Assembly (NCBI GenBank): GCA_017543595.1
Contig: JAFYFU010000019.1
Span: forward strand, 35,622-99,621
Direction of reading: 5' to 3'
Origin: Ruminococcus sp.
GTDB lineage: Bacteria > Bacillota > Clostridia > Oscillospirales > Ruminococcaceae
DNA length: 64,000 bases
In this document: positions 28,563 to 38,376 of the stretch, piece by piece
How positions within the stretch are numbered: the stretch's first letter is position 1
Layout: the number at the start of each line of letters is the position of its first letter
Notes under the pieces: generated by a model
The model's database searches: none
Seen by the model: only the letters and a program-made list of their open reading frames with translations
Told to the model about the DNA's origin: nothing
Made by a program: the position numbers and the translations under genes

Positions 28563-30344
28563 TTATGTATTTTCAACAGTTATTTCATAGCCGTTTTCTG
28601 TGAGTTCGCCTATAATTACTCGCACTTTTGCGTCAACTGTTTCGTTTCCGCTTTCGTCATAAAAGCAGAATCCCTGAACGGAACTGTCTATTATATCGCC
28701 CGTGTGGTAGTAATTGTCATAATCCGCAAAGTCATCTGTTATTCTTATAAATCTTCTGCCTTCCTCACCGCTGTAAAAGCCGTTTCCGCTTTCGTATTTA
28801 TACGCTGTCCAGTAGCCGTTGTCATAGATTTCGGCATCTACATGATAAATTCTTATGCCGTTTCCGTAATTGTACCAGTTATCCCTTATATAAGAATTAT
28901 TTGCCTCATTCGTATTATATTCTATTACGAAATATTCGGATTTATATTTGCTGTCGAGTTCTCCGCAGGGAATTATAAGGCAGTTTCCGTTTTCGGTCTG
29001 AGAACTTTTAAGTGTATATGTCTGTGTTCCCTTTGAATAGTCATAAACGTTCACCTGATTTTTTCTGTACCAGCCGAGATGAAGTTTTGAAACAGCACCA
29101 AAGTCGCTGAGTGCATCGTCCATGAGTTCAATTCCCGCAAGACCGTGAAGCCCTTCAAAATCGGAATCTTCGGATTCAAGATATTCATAGTAGTCGGGAA
29201 GCCCCATTCCGTGTGCGAGTTCATGAGAATATATCCTTACAAATTCCGTATAGTCACAAAGTCCTGCTATTTCGGAATTTCCCGTTATCACATGACCGAT
29301 TTTCATATTATCTACTTTGAAGGCTTTGAGACTGCTTGAACCTGCCGAGGGCCACCATATATCGGTATCCGAACCTGCGGGAACATTTATAAGCGTAGCG
29401 TCTATAAATCCGTTTTTATCGCCGTCAAACTGCGAAAAATCGACCTGATTCTCAAAAGCCTTGTAACATTCTTTAAGGAGTTTTCCCTTGTCGTCCTCGT
29501 ATTCCTCAATATTTTCCTTTGCGGTATACCTGAAAGTTTTTCCCTTTACTGACGAAACACCTTTTGAGGCACGGCTGTAAAAGGCTGAAATACTCTCAAA
29601 CGGATAATTTGAATCATTTGTGTTTTCCGCACCGAAAGCAATTTCGTCTATCTGTTCGGCTGAAAGTTCGGCAGAATATTTGCAGTTCGGAAAATCAACA
29701 TAAAATATGACAACTTCGCTGTCGCCCTGCGAGGGAATATTTCTGAGAACATCATTCACGGGAGGAGATATAAACGAATTGTCATCTGTTACGGAAACTG
29801 TCATAGTTGTTTCGGGGGGGGCTGTTTCTTCGGGGATTTCCTCGGTAAATGAATCAACTATATAGGAAACCGTTGCAACGGTTGTTGTTTCCGTTTCGGA
29901 GGATACAGTTGTCATCTCCGTTGAAACAGTTGTTTCCTGCGGAATTTCTTCATCTTCAAACCATTCACGGACAGATTCGGAAAACAAATTGCTTACATAT
30001 TCTTTAAGCATTATGAGGTCATATATATCAATTTTCCCGTCCGTATTCATATCGGCTGTGCTGAAAAATCGTTCGCCCTGCAAAGCCTCGCCCTTTGTAC
30101 CGATATACGAATAATCAACACGGTACATATTTTCATCTGTTAATTTTTTTTGGCTGTTAAGATGCTGTGTCATAATCACAAGGTCAGCAACATTTGATTT
30201 TCCGTCATTGTTCAAATCGCCTAAAACGCCTGTCTGATACAAGTCAGCCTGTGCAACGGTGACAACGGACATCGCCGAGATACCTGCTGCTGCGGTAATA
30301 CTGACAGATTTTTTAAGCAAATTTTTTCTTCTCATCGGAAACAA
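28563..30344 (-). CDS. Dockerin-containing M6-family (immune inhibitor A-like) metalloprotease
   Basis: Signal peptide; dockerin repeats GDLNNDG/ADMNTDG; Thr/Glu linker; HELAHGMGLPDYY zinc motif. Confidence 0.85.
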   Translation of the reverse strand: MFPMRRKNLLKKSVSITAAAGISAMSVVTVAQADLYQTGVLGDLNNDGKSNVADLVIMTQHLNSQKKLTDENMYRVDYSYIGTKGEALQGERFFSTADMNTDGKIDIYDLIMLKEYVSNLFSESVREWFEDEEIPQETTVSTEMTTVSSETETTTVATVSYIVDSFTEEIPEETAPPETTMTVSVTDDNSFISPPVNDVLRNIPSQGDSEVVIFYVDFPNCKYSAELSAEQIDEIAFGAENTNDSNYPFESISAFYSRASKGVSSVKGKTFRYTAKENIEEYEDDKGKLLKECYKAFENQVDFSQFDGDKNGFIDATLINVPAGSDTDIWWPSAGSSSLKAFKVDNMKIGHVITGNSEIAGLCDYTEFVRIYSHELAHGMGLPDYYEYLESEDSDFEGLHGLAGIELMDDALSDFGAVSKLHLGWYRKNQVNVYDYSKGTQTYTLKSSQTENGNCLIIPCGELDSKYKSEYFVIEYNTNEANNSYIRDNWYNYGNGIRIYHVDAEIYDNGYWTAYKYESGNGFYSGEEGRRFIRITDDFADYDNYYHTGDIIDSSVQGFCFYDESGNETVDAKVRVIIGELTENGYEITVENT

Positions 30345-30446
30345 CTCCTTTTTAAAAGGTCGGGATTATAAATGAAAAGTGAAAATACGGCTGTATGCTT
30401 ACTTGCAAAAACTGCGGACAGCGATATGCAGTCCGCAGTCATAAGC

Positions 30447-32033
30447 TTATTTTGCGTAGTCAGTGACACGGCTTTCACGAATAAGATTGACTTTGATTTG
30501 TCCGGGATAATCCATTTCTGTTTCAATCTGCTGTGCAATCTGTCTTGCAACGAGAACCATTTTCTCATCGTTGATGACTTCGGGAAGAACCATAATTCTG
30601 ACTTCACGACCTGCCTGAACGGCAAAGCATTTTTCAACGCCCTCGTATGAAGTACAGATTTCTTCAAGTTTTTGCAGACGCTTGATATAGCTTTCATAAT
30701 TTTCGCTTCTTGCGGCGGGTCTTGCGGCTGATATGGCATCTGCCGCCTGAACGATACAGGCGATAACGGTTTTGGGTTCAACGTCATTGTGATGAGCCTC
30801 AACAGCGTGAATAATCACGGGGCTTTCGTTGTATTTCTTACATACATCAACGCCTATCTGAACGTGTGAGCCTTCTATCTCGGAAGTGAGAGCCTTTCCT
30901 ATATCGTGGAGAAGTCCCGCACGTCTTGCAACGTTCGCATCGACTCCGAGTTCAGAAGCGAGAACTCCGCAGAGTTTAGCCACTTCAATAGAATGGTCAA
31001 GGACATTCTGTCTGTAACTTGTACGGAATTTCAGACGGCCGAGCAATTTAATGAGTTCGTGGTTAAGACCGTGAACATTTGTTTCAATGACTGCTCTTTC
31101 GCCCTCCTGCTTGATTCTGTACTCGACTTCACGGCGGGCTTTGTCAACCATTTCCTCAATGCGTGTGGGGTGGATACGTCCGTCAGCAATGAGTTTTTCG
31201 AGAGCGATTCTTGCGACTTCACGCCTTATCTGGTCGAAGCAGGAAAGTGTGATGGCTTCGGGAGTATCGTCAATGATAAGGTCAACTCCCGTAAGGGTTT
31301 CGAGTGTGCGGATATTTCTTCCCTCTCTGCCTATGATTCTGCCTTTCATTTCGTCATTGGGCAGGGGGACAACGGAAACAGCCGCCTCTGATACCTGGTC
31401 TGCGGCGACTTTTGCGATAGCAAGTGATATATAGCTCCTTGCTTTTTCGTTACACTCGTCTTTGAGTTGTTGTTCATATGAAGCAATCTTGACAGCTTTT
31501 TCGTGTACAAGGTCATCTTCAAGTTTGGAAATGATATATTCTCTGGCTTGTTCTCTTGTAAATTCTGAAATTCTTTCGAGAACGTCCATTTCGCTTTTCT
31601 TGATAGCCTCTGCTTCTTTGAGTTTTTCGTCAGCGGATTTGATTTTATTGCTGAGGACTTCCTCTTTCTTTTCGAGGTTATCGTTTTTCTTATCGAGATT
31701 TTCTTCTTTTTGCTGCATACGTCTTTCCTGACGGGAAAGTTCGGAGCGGCGGTCTTTTATTTCCTTATCGGCTTCGGTACGGAGCTTATGTATTTCGTCC
31801 TTAGCTTCGATGAGTGCGCTTTTCTTTTTGTTATCGGCATCTTTCTCGGCATCTTCGATAATACGTTTAGCCTGTTCCTCGGCTGAGCCTGTAATAGTTT
31901 CGGCATCGTGCTTGCGTTTTTCGACACCTGCCTCAACGCCTTTTTTATAGGCAAGGGAATACCCTATGGCAAGACCTGCAACAAGGGCAACAATGATAAG
32001 AATAACTGCGACAATCGTTTCCATAAAGTGCAT
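30447..32033 (-). CDS. rny: Ribonuclease Y
   Basis: N-terminal TM, coiled coil, KH ([13 protein letters not shown]), HD domain (GLLHDIGK). Confidence 0.97.
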   Translation of the reverse strand: MHFMETIVAVILIIVALVAGLAIGYSLAYKKGVEAGVEKRKHDAETITGSAEEQAKRIIEDAEKDADNKKKSALIEAKDEIHKLRTEADKEIKDRRSELSRQERRMQQKEENLDKKNDNLEKKEEVLSNKIKSADEKLKEAEAIKKSEMDVLERISEFTREQAREYIISKLEDDLVHEKAVKIASYEQQLKDECNEKARSYISLAIAKVAADQVSEAAVSVVPLPNDEMKGRIIGREGRNIRTLETLTGVDLIIDDTPEAITLSCFDQIRREVARIALEKLIADGRIHPTRIEEMVDKARREVEYRIKQEGERAVIETNVHGLNHELIKLLGRLKFRTSYRQNVLDHSIEVAKLCGVLASELGVDANVARRAGLLHDIGKALTSEIEGSHVQIGVDVCKKYNESPVIIHAVEAHHNDVEPKTVIACIVQAADAISAARPAARSENYESYIKRLQKLEEICTSYEGVEKCFAVQAGREVRIMVLPEVINDEKMVLVARQIAQQIETEMDYPGQIKVNLIRESRVTDYAK

Positions 32034-32278
32034 ACCTCCTTTTCAAAAAATAATAAGTTTGTATTTCATAAACTATTATTACCAAAGGCGGTAAATGCCG
32101 CATTATTTTATTCACTTTTCAGATATATCAATCAAAGTCCCGAAACGGGACTGCAAAAAACAGCGGACTTTAAACAAGCCCGTATATTATTCATGCACAA
32201 AAAAGCATGAAAACAAAAATGTAAAACAAGGCTGCATTACTGCCGTAGTAATATTTTTGTAAATAATACAACACCTTA

Positions 32279-32307
32279 ATTATACACTTTTTTTCAAATA
32301 ATGTCAA
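32279..32307 (-). promoter_or_regulatory. Consensus sigma-A promoter of rny giving ~240-nt leader
   Basis: TTGACA(32307-32302)-17 nt-TATAAT(32284-32279). Confidence 0.8.
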
Positions 32308-32609
32308 TAGTATTTTGACAAGGATTCAACCTGCGGGATTAAAATTTTGTTTTAACTTATAGAAAATATATCCCTCCCGACAAAAATTGCATACAGGGGT
32401 CAACGCTGTCCGCACAATGCCATGATGATAAAAAAGCATATACAGACAATGTTCACCCCTGTGAATTGCTCACAAAAATATAAAATAAATATAAAAATAT
32501 ACTGTAAAATAAAGACTATAAAATATAATTAAAATAATATAATAAGAACAAGCTTGTTAAAAATAATATAAAATAATAAAAGACTTTGTTTTTACTCCTT
32601 TCTTTTGTT

Positions 32610-32648
32610 TCTGTATATATATTCGTTCGGAGATTCCAAAAAGGGACA
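32610..32648 (-). promoter_or_regulatory. Second copy of putative alternative-sigma promoter
   Basis: TGTCCCTTTTT-N11-ACGAATATATATACAGA, matches 21250-21288. Confidence 0.5.
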
Positions 32649-32661
32649 AATTTTTTAAAAT

Positions 32662-32690
32662 AAAAAAGGCAGTATAAAAATACTGCCTTA
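32662..32690 (-). terminator. Intrinsic terminator of heptad-repeat gene
   Basis: AAGGCAGTAT/ATACTGCCTT stem. Confidence 0.75.
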
Positions 32691-32702
32691 TGATTATATA
32701 AA

Positions 32703-35339
32703 TTATTCAATTCCGTCAAACATATAGATAAATTTAACGCTTCCGTCCATATCCTCGGATTTTCCGCTGAAAGTTCCGTAATCCTGAGACACTTCCCTGA
32801 GTGCCTTGAATCTGTCGGCAATATCGGGGAGTTTTTCGTCAGCGACTTCGGATATTTTTGATATACCCTCCTTGTTGAATTTAATCATTCCGTCATTGAG
32901 TTCCTTTGAACCGTCTTTGAGTTTTCCAACTCCGTCAAGGAGTGCGGGCATATTGTCTTTGAGAGTAACTATACCCGTATCGAGTTCGGCTGCACCGCCT
33001 GTAAGAGTTCCTGCACCCTCACTGAGTTTAAGCAGAGAATCATAGAGAGTTTCAGCACCGCCCGAAAGTTTGCCGCTGCCCGAAAGTATCTGTGAAATAC
33101 CGCCGTCAAGTTCTCCTGCGCCTGAATTAAGCTGTACAAGACCTTCGCTCAAAGTTTCCGCACCTGATGAAAGCTGACCCGTACCGTCTTTAAGGTCAAC
33201 CGCACCTGCCTCCAATTTTGCAAGACCTGCGTTAAGCTGTGCATTTCCGCCCGAAAGCTGTTTTATGCCGTTGATAAGTCTGTCAAGACCGTCCGTAAGA
33301 GTTCCGCTTCCCTTTGCAAATTCGGATATACCGCTGTCAAGGGCTTTTGTGCCGTCAGAAAGATTTCCTGCTCCCTGTGAGAGAAGTTCTGCGGAGTCAG
33401 AAATTGTCTGTGTACCTGCGGAGAGTTGTTTTCCGCCGTTGTCGAGAGTTTCAAGACCCTGACTTAAAGCCTGTGAACCGCCCTGAACGGTTTCAAGACC
33501 TGCTGAAAGCTGACCTGCACCGCCTTGTAACTGCTGTACACCTGCGGAGAGTTTTTCTGCGCCGTCTTTAAGCTGACCGCCGTCTTTCATTGATGCGGAT
33601 ATCTGTTTCTGTGATTCTATGGTTTTCTGCAAAGTTCCTATTGAAACGGCAAGTTCCTGAGAGGGATTCTGTTCATAGAGAGCCTGCAAAGCTGTAAGAG
33701 CCTGTTCATTTGCGGAAATTGTAGCGTCAAGGCTTGCGCCTGCGTAAGCTATACCGCCTGCCAGATTGTCTGCGCCTGCGGAAAGGGATTCCGAACCGCT
33801 TGTAAGGCTGTCTGCACCGTCTTTAATCTGGGATATTCCTGCGGAAAGGCTGTCTGCGCCGTCTTTTGCGGAAGATATTCCCTGTGAGAGTTTCTGTGCC
33901 GACTGGTTGAGAGTTTCCGTGCCTGCGGAGAAAGTATTCATATTTTCTGAGAGTTTTTCCGCACCGTCCTTAACCTGTGAACTGCCTGCGGAAATTTTTT
34001 CAACACCGTCTTTTAATGTATCACTACCGCCCGAAAACTGCGATAATCCTTCGTCAAGCTGTGCGAATCCGTCAACGAGAGCGTCAGAGCCTTTTTTAGC
34101 GTCTGAAATTCCGTTTGAAAGTGCGTTTGCACCGTTGTTTACTTTAACTGCACCGTCCGAGAGAGTTTTTGCGCCGTTGTTTGCGGAATTAACACCCTCT
34201 TTGAGTTTAGCCGAGCCGTCTTTTACCGTCTGTGCGCCGTCTTTGAGAGTTACTGTTGAATCGGAGAGAGTTTTTGCGCCGTCTGCAATCTGTACAGCAC
34301 CGTTATTAAGTTCATCTGCACCGTTTTTAAGTTTTGATGAACCGTCAGCAAGTTTATTAACACCGTCCGATAAATCTTTTGACTTTTTAGAGAGTTCGTC
34401 TAAACCGTTGTAAAGCTGTGCAGTACCGTCAGCAAGCTTGTTTGCACCGTCACTTAATTCTTTTAATTTGTCTTCGAGTTCTCCGAAATCGAAATTATCA
34501 TCAATATCAAGGTCTGAGAATATCTCATTTGATACGACCGTAACGGAATTTGTCATTTCAAAATTATCAACGTCTGCGGAAATTTCAAAATAATCGGGGA
34601 GAGATACGTCAAATTCGCTTATTTCGTCAAGTCCGAGGCTTTCGCTGAGTTTCGGGAAACCTATTCCGACAGCTATAACTCTTTCACCGTCAGAAATTAT
34701 TTTTCCGTTTGTTGCCTCAACGTTGAGGAATTTTCCCGTATCGAGAACAACTGCGCTTGCAGTCATGAACGGAACGTACATAGTTCTTTTTTCACCGTTT
34801 ATTGTCTTGGTTACCTGTGCCTTGTTCGTGTAGTCCCAGCGGATAGTTACATGACCACTTTTTCCCTTTAAATCTTCGGGGGAAATTTCATTTCCGTCAA
34901 GGTAATAAGTAATATTTACATCAACGGGGAGTTCCTTGTCTGTTGTGCCTTTGTAGTATATATCATTTCCGTCAGCGTTCCATTCAAGGTTTTCGCCGTC
35001 CTGAGAGAAATCCTCATCGCCCTTTACGTTGATTATATCCGTGAGTGAAGAAATATCCGAAAGTTCTCCCGATGCGGGGGCATTTTTGAGCCAGTCGCTT
35101 ACGACAACATTCTTAACGGAAGAATCGTTATTGCAGAGAACATAGACTGTTTCGTCTTTTTCGGCATTTTCTCCGTTTGACTGTCTTTCGGAATCTTCTG
35201 TATTTTCAGCCGTTTCCTGTATATTTTCCGTTGTGTTTTCTTCGGATTCGTCATTATTTGCGTATGTTATTACACCTGTTGTGACTGCGGAGACAGCAAC
35301 TGCTGTAACGGCTGCGATTATTTTCTTATAATTTTTCAT
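32703..35339 (-). CDS. Secreted long coiled-coil protein with X-X-X-L-X-X-G heptad repeats (YhgE/Pip-like MMPL partner)
   Basis: Signal peptide; KDETVYV..VSDWLKN N-domain; ~500 aa of A..L..G heptads; conserved TFSGK...GSVKFIY C-terminus. Confidence 0.8.
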   Translation of the reverse strand: MKNYKKIIAAVTAVAVSAVTTGVITYANNDESEENTTENIQETAENTEDSERQSNGENAEKDETVYVLCNNDSSVKNVVVSDWLKNAPASGELSDISSLTDIINVKGDEDFSQDGENLEWNADGNDIYYKGTTDKELPVDVNITYYLDGNEISPEDLKGKSGHVTIRWDYTNKAQVTKTINGEKRTMYVPFMTASAVVLDTGKFLNVEATNGKIISDGERVIAVGIGFPKLSESLGLDEISEFDVSLPDYFEISADVDNFEMTNSVTVVSNEIFSDLDIDDNFDFGELEDKLKELSDGANKLADGTAQLYNGLDELSKKSKDLSDGVNKLADGSSKLKNGADELNNGAVQIADGAKTLSDSTVTLKDGAQTVKDGSAKLKEGVNSANNGAKTLSDGAVKVNNGANALSNGISDAKKGSDALVDGFAQLDEGLSQFSGGSDTLKDGVEKISAGSSQVKDGAEKLSENMNTFSAGTETLNQSAQKLSQGISSAKDGADSLSAGISQIKDGADSLTSGSESLSAGADNLAGGIAYAGASLDATISANEQALTALQALYEQNPSQELAVSIGTLQKTIESQKQISASMKDGGQLKDGAEKLSAGVQQLQGGAGQLSAGLETVQGGSQALSQGLETLDNGGKQLSAGTQTISDSAELLSQGAGNLSDGTKALDSGISEFAKGSGTLTDGLDRLINGIKQLSGGNAQLNAGLAKLEAGAVDLKDGTGQLSSGAETLSEGLVQLNSGAGELDGGISQILSGSGKLSGGAETLYDSLLKLSEGAGTLTGGAAELDTGIVTLKDNMPALLDGVGKLKDGSKELNDGMIKFNKEGISKISEVADEKLPDIADRFKALREVSQDYGTFSGKSEDMDGSVKFIYMFDGIE

Positions 35340-35366
35340 AAAATAACTCCCTTTCCAATGACATTA

Positions 35367-37472
35367 TCAGTGTGCAAAATGAAGTTTGTGACTTTGATTT
35401 TTCTTTTCTTCTTCGGGAAGAAATCCCGCACTTGTCTTGCAGATTACCTTGTCAAATACCATGAACATTGAAGGCAATACCGTCAGGACAACCACCATTG
35501 AAATCAATGCGCCCCTTGAAAGAAGTACGCAGAGTGAAGAAATCATTCCTATTTTTGAATATACCGCAACGCCTACCGTTGCCGCAAAGAATCCGAGTGC
35601 AGAAGTGAAAACGGATTTTATTGAAGTGCTTACCGCAATTCCTATGCTTTCTTTTTTGTCTTTTCCAGATGAGCGTTCAGTCCTGTATCTTGTTGTCATG
35701 AGGATAGCATAGTCAACTGTTGCACCAAGCTGTATAGTTCCGATTACGACAGATGCGATAAACGGAAGTGAAGTATTTGTATAGTAGGATATTCCGAGAT
35801 TTATCATTATTGCAAGTTCGATAACCGATACAAGTATCACTGGAAGCGATACCGAGCGGAATGTAAGTGCTATTATTATGAATATCGCTGCTATTGAGAG
35901 AATACTTACTGTTTTGAAGTCGTGGTTTGTTATTTCAATCAAATCTTTTGTCGCAGGTGCTTCACCTATGAGCATTGAATTTTCGTCATATTTTTCAATT
36001 ATATTATTTAACGTTGTTACCTGTTCGTTTACTTCATCGGAGGCAACTTCATATTCCGAACCTATAAGCATTAACTGCCATTCATCGCCTTTGAGGATAT
36101 TTTTAACGTCATCGGGGATAATTTCTTCGGGAATTGCCGAACCTACGAGAGAATCAAATCCCATGGCGAATTTAACGCCGTCAACCTCTTCGATTTCGTT
36201 CATCATTTTCTTAGCCTTTTTTGAATCAAGCTTTGAATCGGCAAGGAGAATATGCGTGCTGTTCATGTTAAATTCTTCGGCTAATTTTGTATTTGCTATG
36301 ACGCTTTCAAGGCTTTTCGGGAGAGTGCTGTCAAGTTTATAGTAAACGCCATAGTGATTGTAACCGTAAAGGGCAGGAATAAGAACCGCAACAGCCATTG
36401 CAACAAATACCCCTGCGTTCTTTACGATTAAATGAGAAGTATGGCAGAAAGTCGGCAGAAAATCTTTGTGAGAAGTCTTTTCAATTGCTTTGTCAAATAT
36501 AAGTATCATTGAGGGGAGAACCGTAACGCAGGCGATAACTCCGCATACAACACCCTTTGCCATTACAATTCCGAGGTCAAGTCCGAGTGTGAAACTCATA
36601 AAGCACATAGCAAGGAATCCTGCTACTGTTGTGAATGAACTGCTGACAACGGAAGTTATTGTTGCGGCTATTGCGTGTGCCATAGCCTCTTTTTTGTCGG
36701 AATAAGTTTCCTGCTGTTCCTTGTAGCTGTGCCAGAGGAATATTGAATAGTCCATTGTAACGCCAAGCTGTAAGACAAGCGCAAGTGCCTGAGTTAAGAA
36801 GGAAATCTCACCCATTGCGAAATTTGTTCCTAAATTCCATACTATTGCAAGACCTATGCTTAACATGAAGAATACGGGTATAAGGAAAGAATCCATTGTA
36901 ATTATCAAAACTATGCTTGTGAGGATTACTGCGATTACAGCGTAAATTATTGATTCACTGTCCGAAAGGTGTTTCATATCCGCTGTTATAGCCGACATAC
37001 CGCTTATAAAGCACTGTTCGTCTGTTATATCTCTCATTTTGTCGATAGCCGCAAGCGTGCCGTCAGCGGAAGTTGTATCGTCAAAGAATACAGCCATAAG
37101 GGTTGTATCGCCTTTGTTGAAGAAATCATATACTTTCTGCGGAAGAATTTCTTTCGGTATATTCAGGTCTGTAAGGGATTCATAGCATACAACGCTTGAA
37201 ACGTGTTCGACCTCCGAAATTTTATCGGCAGTATCTTTTATTTGTTTCTCGGTCATTCCGTCAACCATTACAAAAGAAAAACCGCCCTGTCCAAATTCGT
37301 CTTTGAGAATATCCTGACCGACCATAGTATTTATATCTTTCGGGAGATATGAAAGTATATCATAATTTACCCTTGTATTGAGATAACCTATGGCGGAGGG
37401 TACAAGCATTAAAATTCCGATAAAAAGTATCAGAACACGGTGCTTTGAAATAAATTCGCCGAATTTAAGCAT
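35367..37472 (-). CDS. MMPL/RND-superfamily transporter
   Basis: Two TM bundles with LQLGVTMDYSIFL and IQLGATVDYAILM motifs; start ATG 37472 after GGAAAGGA. Confidence 0.88.
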   Translation of the reverse strand: MLKFGEFISKHRVLILFIGILMLVPSAIGYLNTRVNYDILSYLPKDINTMVGQDILKDEFGQGGFSFVMVDGMTEKQIKDTADKISEVEHVSSVVCYESLTDLNIPKEILPQKVYDFFNKGDTTLMAVFFDDTTSADGTLAAIDKMRDITDEQCFISGMSAITADMKHLSDSESIIYAVIAVILTSIVLIITMDSFLIPVFFMLSIGLAIVWNLGTNFAMGEISFLTQALALVLQLGVTMDYSIFLWHSYKEQQETYSDKKEAMAHAIAATITSVVSSSFTTVAGFLAMCFMSFTLGLDLGIVMAKGVVCGVIACVTVLPSMILIFDKAIEKTSHKDFLPTFCHTSHLIVKNAGVFVAMAVAVLIPALYGYNHYGVYYKLDSTLPKSLESVIANTKLAEEFNMNSTHILLADSKLDSKKAKKMMNEIEEVDGVKFAMGFDSLVGSAIPEEIIPDDVKNILKGDEWQLMLIGSEYEVASDEVNEQVTTLNNIIEKYDENSMLIGEAPATKDLIEITNHDFKTVSILSIAAIFIIIALTFRSVSLPVILVSVIELAIMINLGISYYTNTSLPFIASVVIGTIQLGATVDYAILMTTRYRTERSSGKDKKESIGIAVSTSIKSVFTSALGFFAATVGVAVYSKIGMISSLCVLLSRGALISMVVVLTVLPSMFMVFDKVICKTSAGFLPEEEKKNQSHKLHFAH

Positions 37473-37545
37473 ACAAATCATTCCTTTCCATAATTTATGG
37501 TTTATATAATTGTTTTTGTTTCTGTAATATATTATATACTCAAAA

Positions 37546-37644
37546 TGACCGTTAGTCAATATCAAAAAGCAGAAAAAATGACTTTCAGTCATATTTTTGT
37601 AGACCTGCACAAATTGACTGCTTTTTATTTGTGACTGTTGGTCA
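37546..37644. promoter_or_regulatory. Three TGAC-N5-GTCA palindromes, putative TetR operators
   Basis: Copies at 37546-37558, 37579-37591, 37632-37644; first overlaps -35 of MMPL promoter (TTGACT-17-TATAAT, minus strand); tetR promoter TTGACA-17-TATAAT at 37656-37684. Confidence 0.75.
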
Positions 37645-37729
37645 GTTTTATCTTCTTGACACTATCCATAATATGCGATATAATAAAAATATGATAAAAA
37701 GCTTTATTCAAAGCTTATGAGGTGATACT

Positions 37730-38341
37730 ATGGGAAAAATTGACATTAACAAACAACTTAAAGAAAATTCTCTGCTTAAAACGGCTTTTGAATTTTTCAC
37801 AACAAAGGGATTCAGCAAGACTTCCATTTCCGATATAGTCAACAAGGCAGGCGTTGCAAAGGGGACTTTCTATCTCTATTTCAAGGACAAGTACGATATA
37901 AGGAACAGGCTTATCGCCCACAAGTCAAGCCAGATATTCCGCACAGCCCTTGATGAAACAAAGGAAATAAGACAGTCTCTCCCTTTTGATGACAGGATAA
38001 TTGCCGTCATAGACAATATAATTGACCAGCTTACGGAAAATCAGTCGCTTATGACTTTTATTTCCAAGAATTTAAGCTGGGGAATATTCAAATCCGCCCT
38101 GATAACTTCAAAAGATGAGGGCGTGAATTTCCTTGACATATACTATGAACTCATAGAGGAAGCACCTTTTGAGTTTAAAAACCCCGAAATTATGCTGTTC
38201 ATGATAATAGAACTTGTTTCGGGAGTATGCTATTCTTCTATTCTGCATGAAGAACCCTGCAATATAAATGAAATGAAGCCCTATCTTTACAACTCAATCA
38301 AGGCGATTATAAATCAGAATAAATTTGATGAAAAACAATAA
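37730..38341 (+). CDS. TetR/AcrR-family regulator
   Basis: AFEFF..KGF.KTSISDIVNKAGVAKGTFYLYFKDK HTH. Confidence 0.95.
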   Translation: MGKIDINKQLKENSLLKTAFEFFTTKGFSKTSISDIVNKAGVAKGTFYLYFKDKYDIRNRLIAHKSSQIFRTALDETKEIRQSLPFDDRIIAVIDNIIDQLTENQSLMTFISKNLSWGIFKSALITSKDEGVNFLDIYYELIEEAPFEFKNPEIMLFMIIELVSGVCYSSILHEEPCNINEMKPYLYNSIKAIINQNKFDEKQ

Positions 38342-38342
38342 C

Positions 38343-38374
38343 AAAAAAGGCAGTCTGTAAAGACTGCCGATTTT
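38343..38374. terminator. Bidirectional intrinsic terminator
   Basis: GGCAGTCT/AGACTGCC stem. Confidence 0.8.
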
Positions 38375-38376
38375 AT

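Noticed and set aside
32130-32175. c-di-GMP-I riboswitch suggested by a GAAA-capped hairpin
   Set aside because: The GAAA loop is on the strand opposite rny, and the conserved GCAAA/P1 elements are not arranged as required.
32040-32480. 6S RNA upstream of rny
   Set aside because: I could not see a ~180-nt rod with a central bubble by eye. It is not called without an Infernal search.
32880-34460. Methyl-accepting chemotaxis protein
   Set aside because: The heptad repeats mimic MCP coiled coils, but the conserved MCP hairpin-tip signature and TM/HAMP layout are absent.
35367-37610. Extended N-termini in the ORF track (MMPL, cbp, tadA, wzm, XRE, spoVFA and others)
   Set aside because: Downstream ATGs with clear RBS and promoter positions fit better, so those starts were reassigned.
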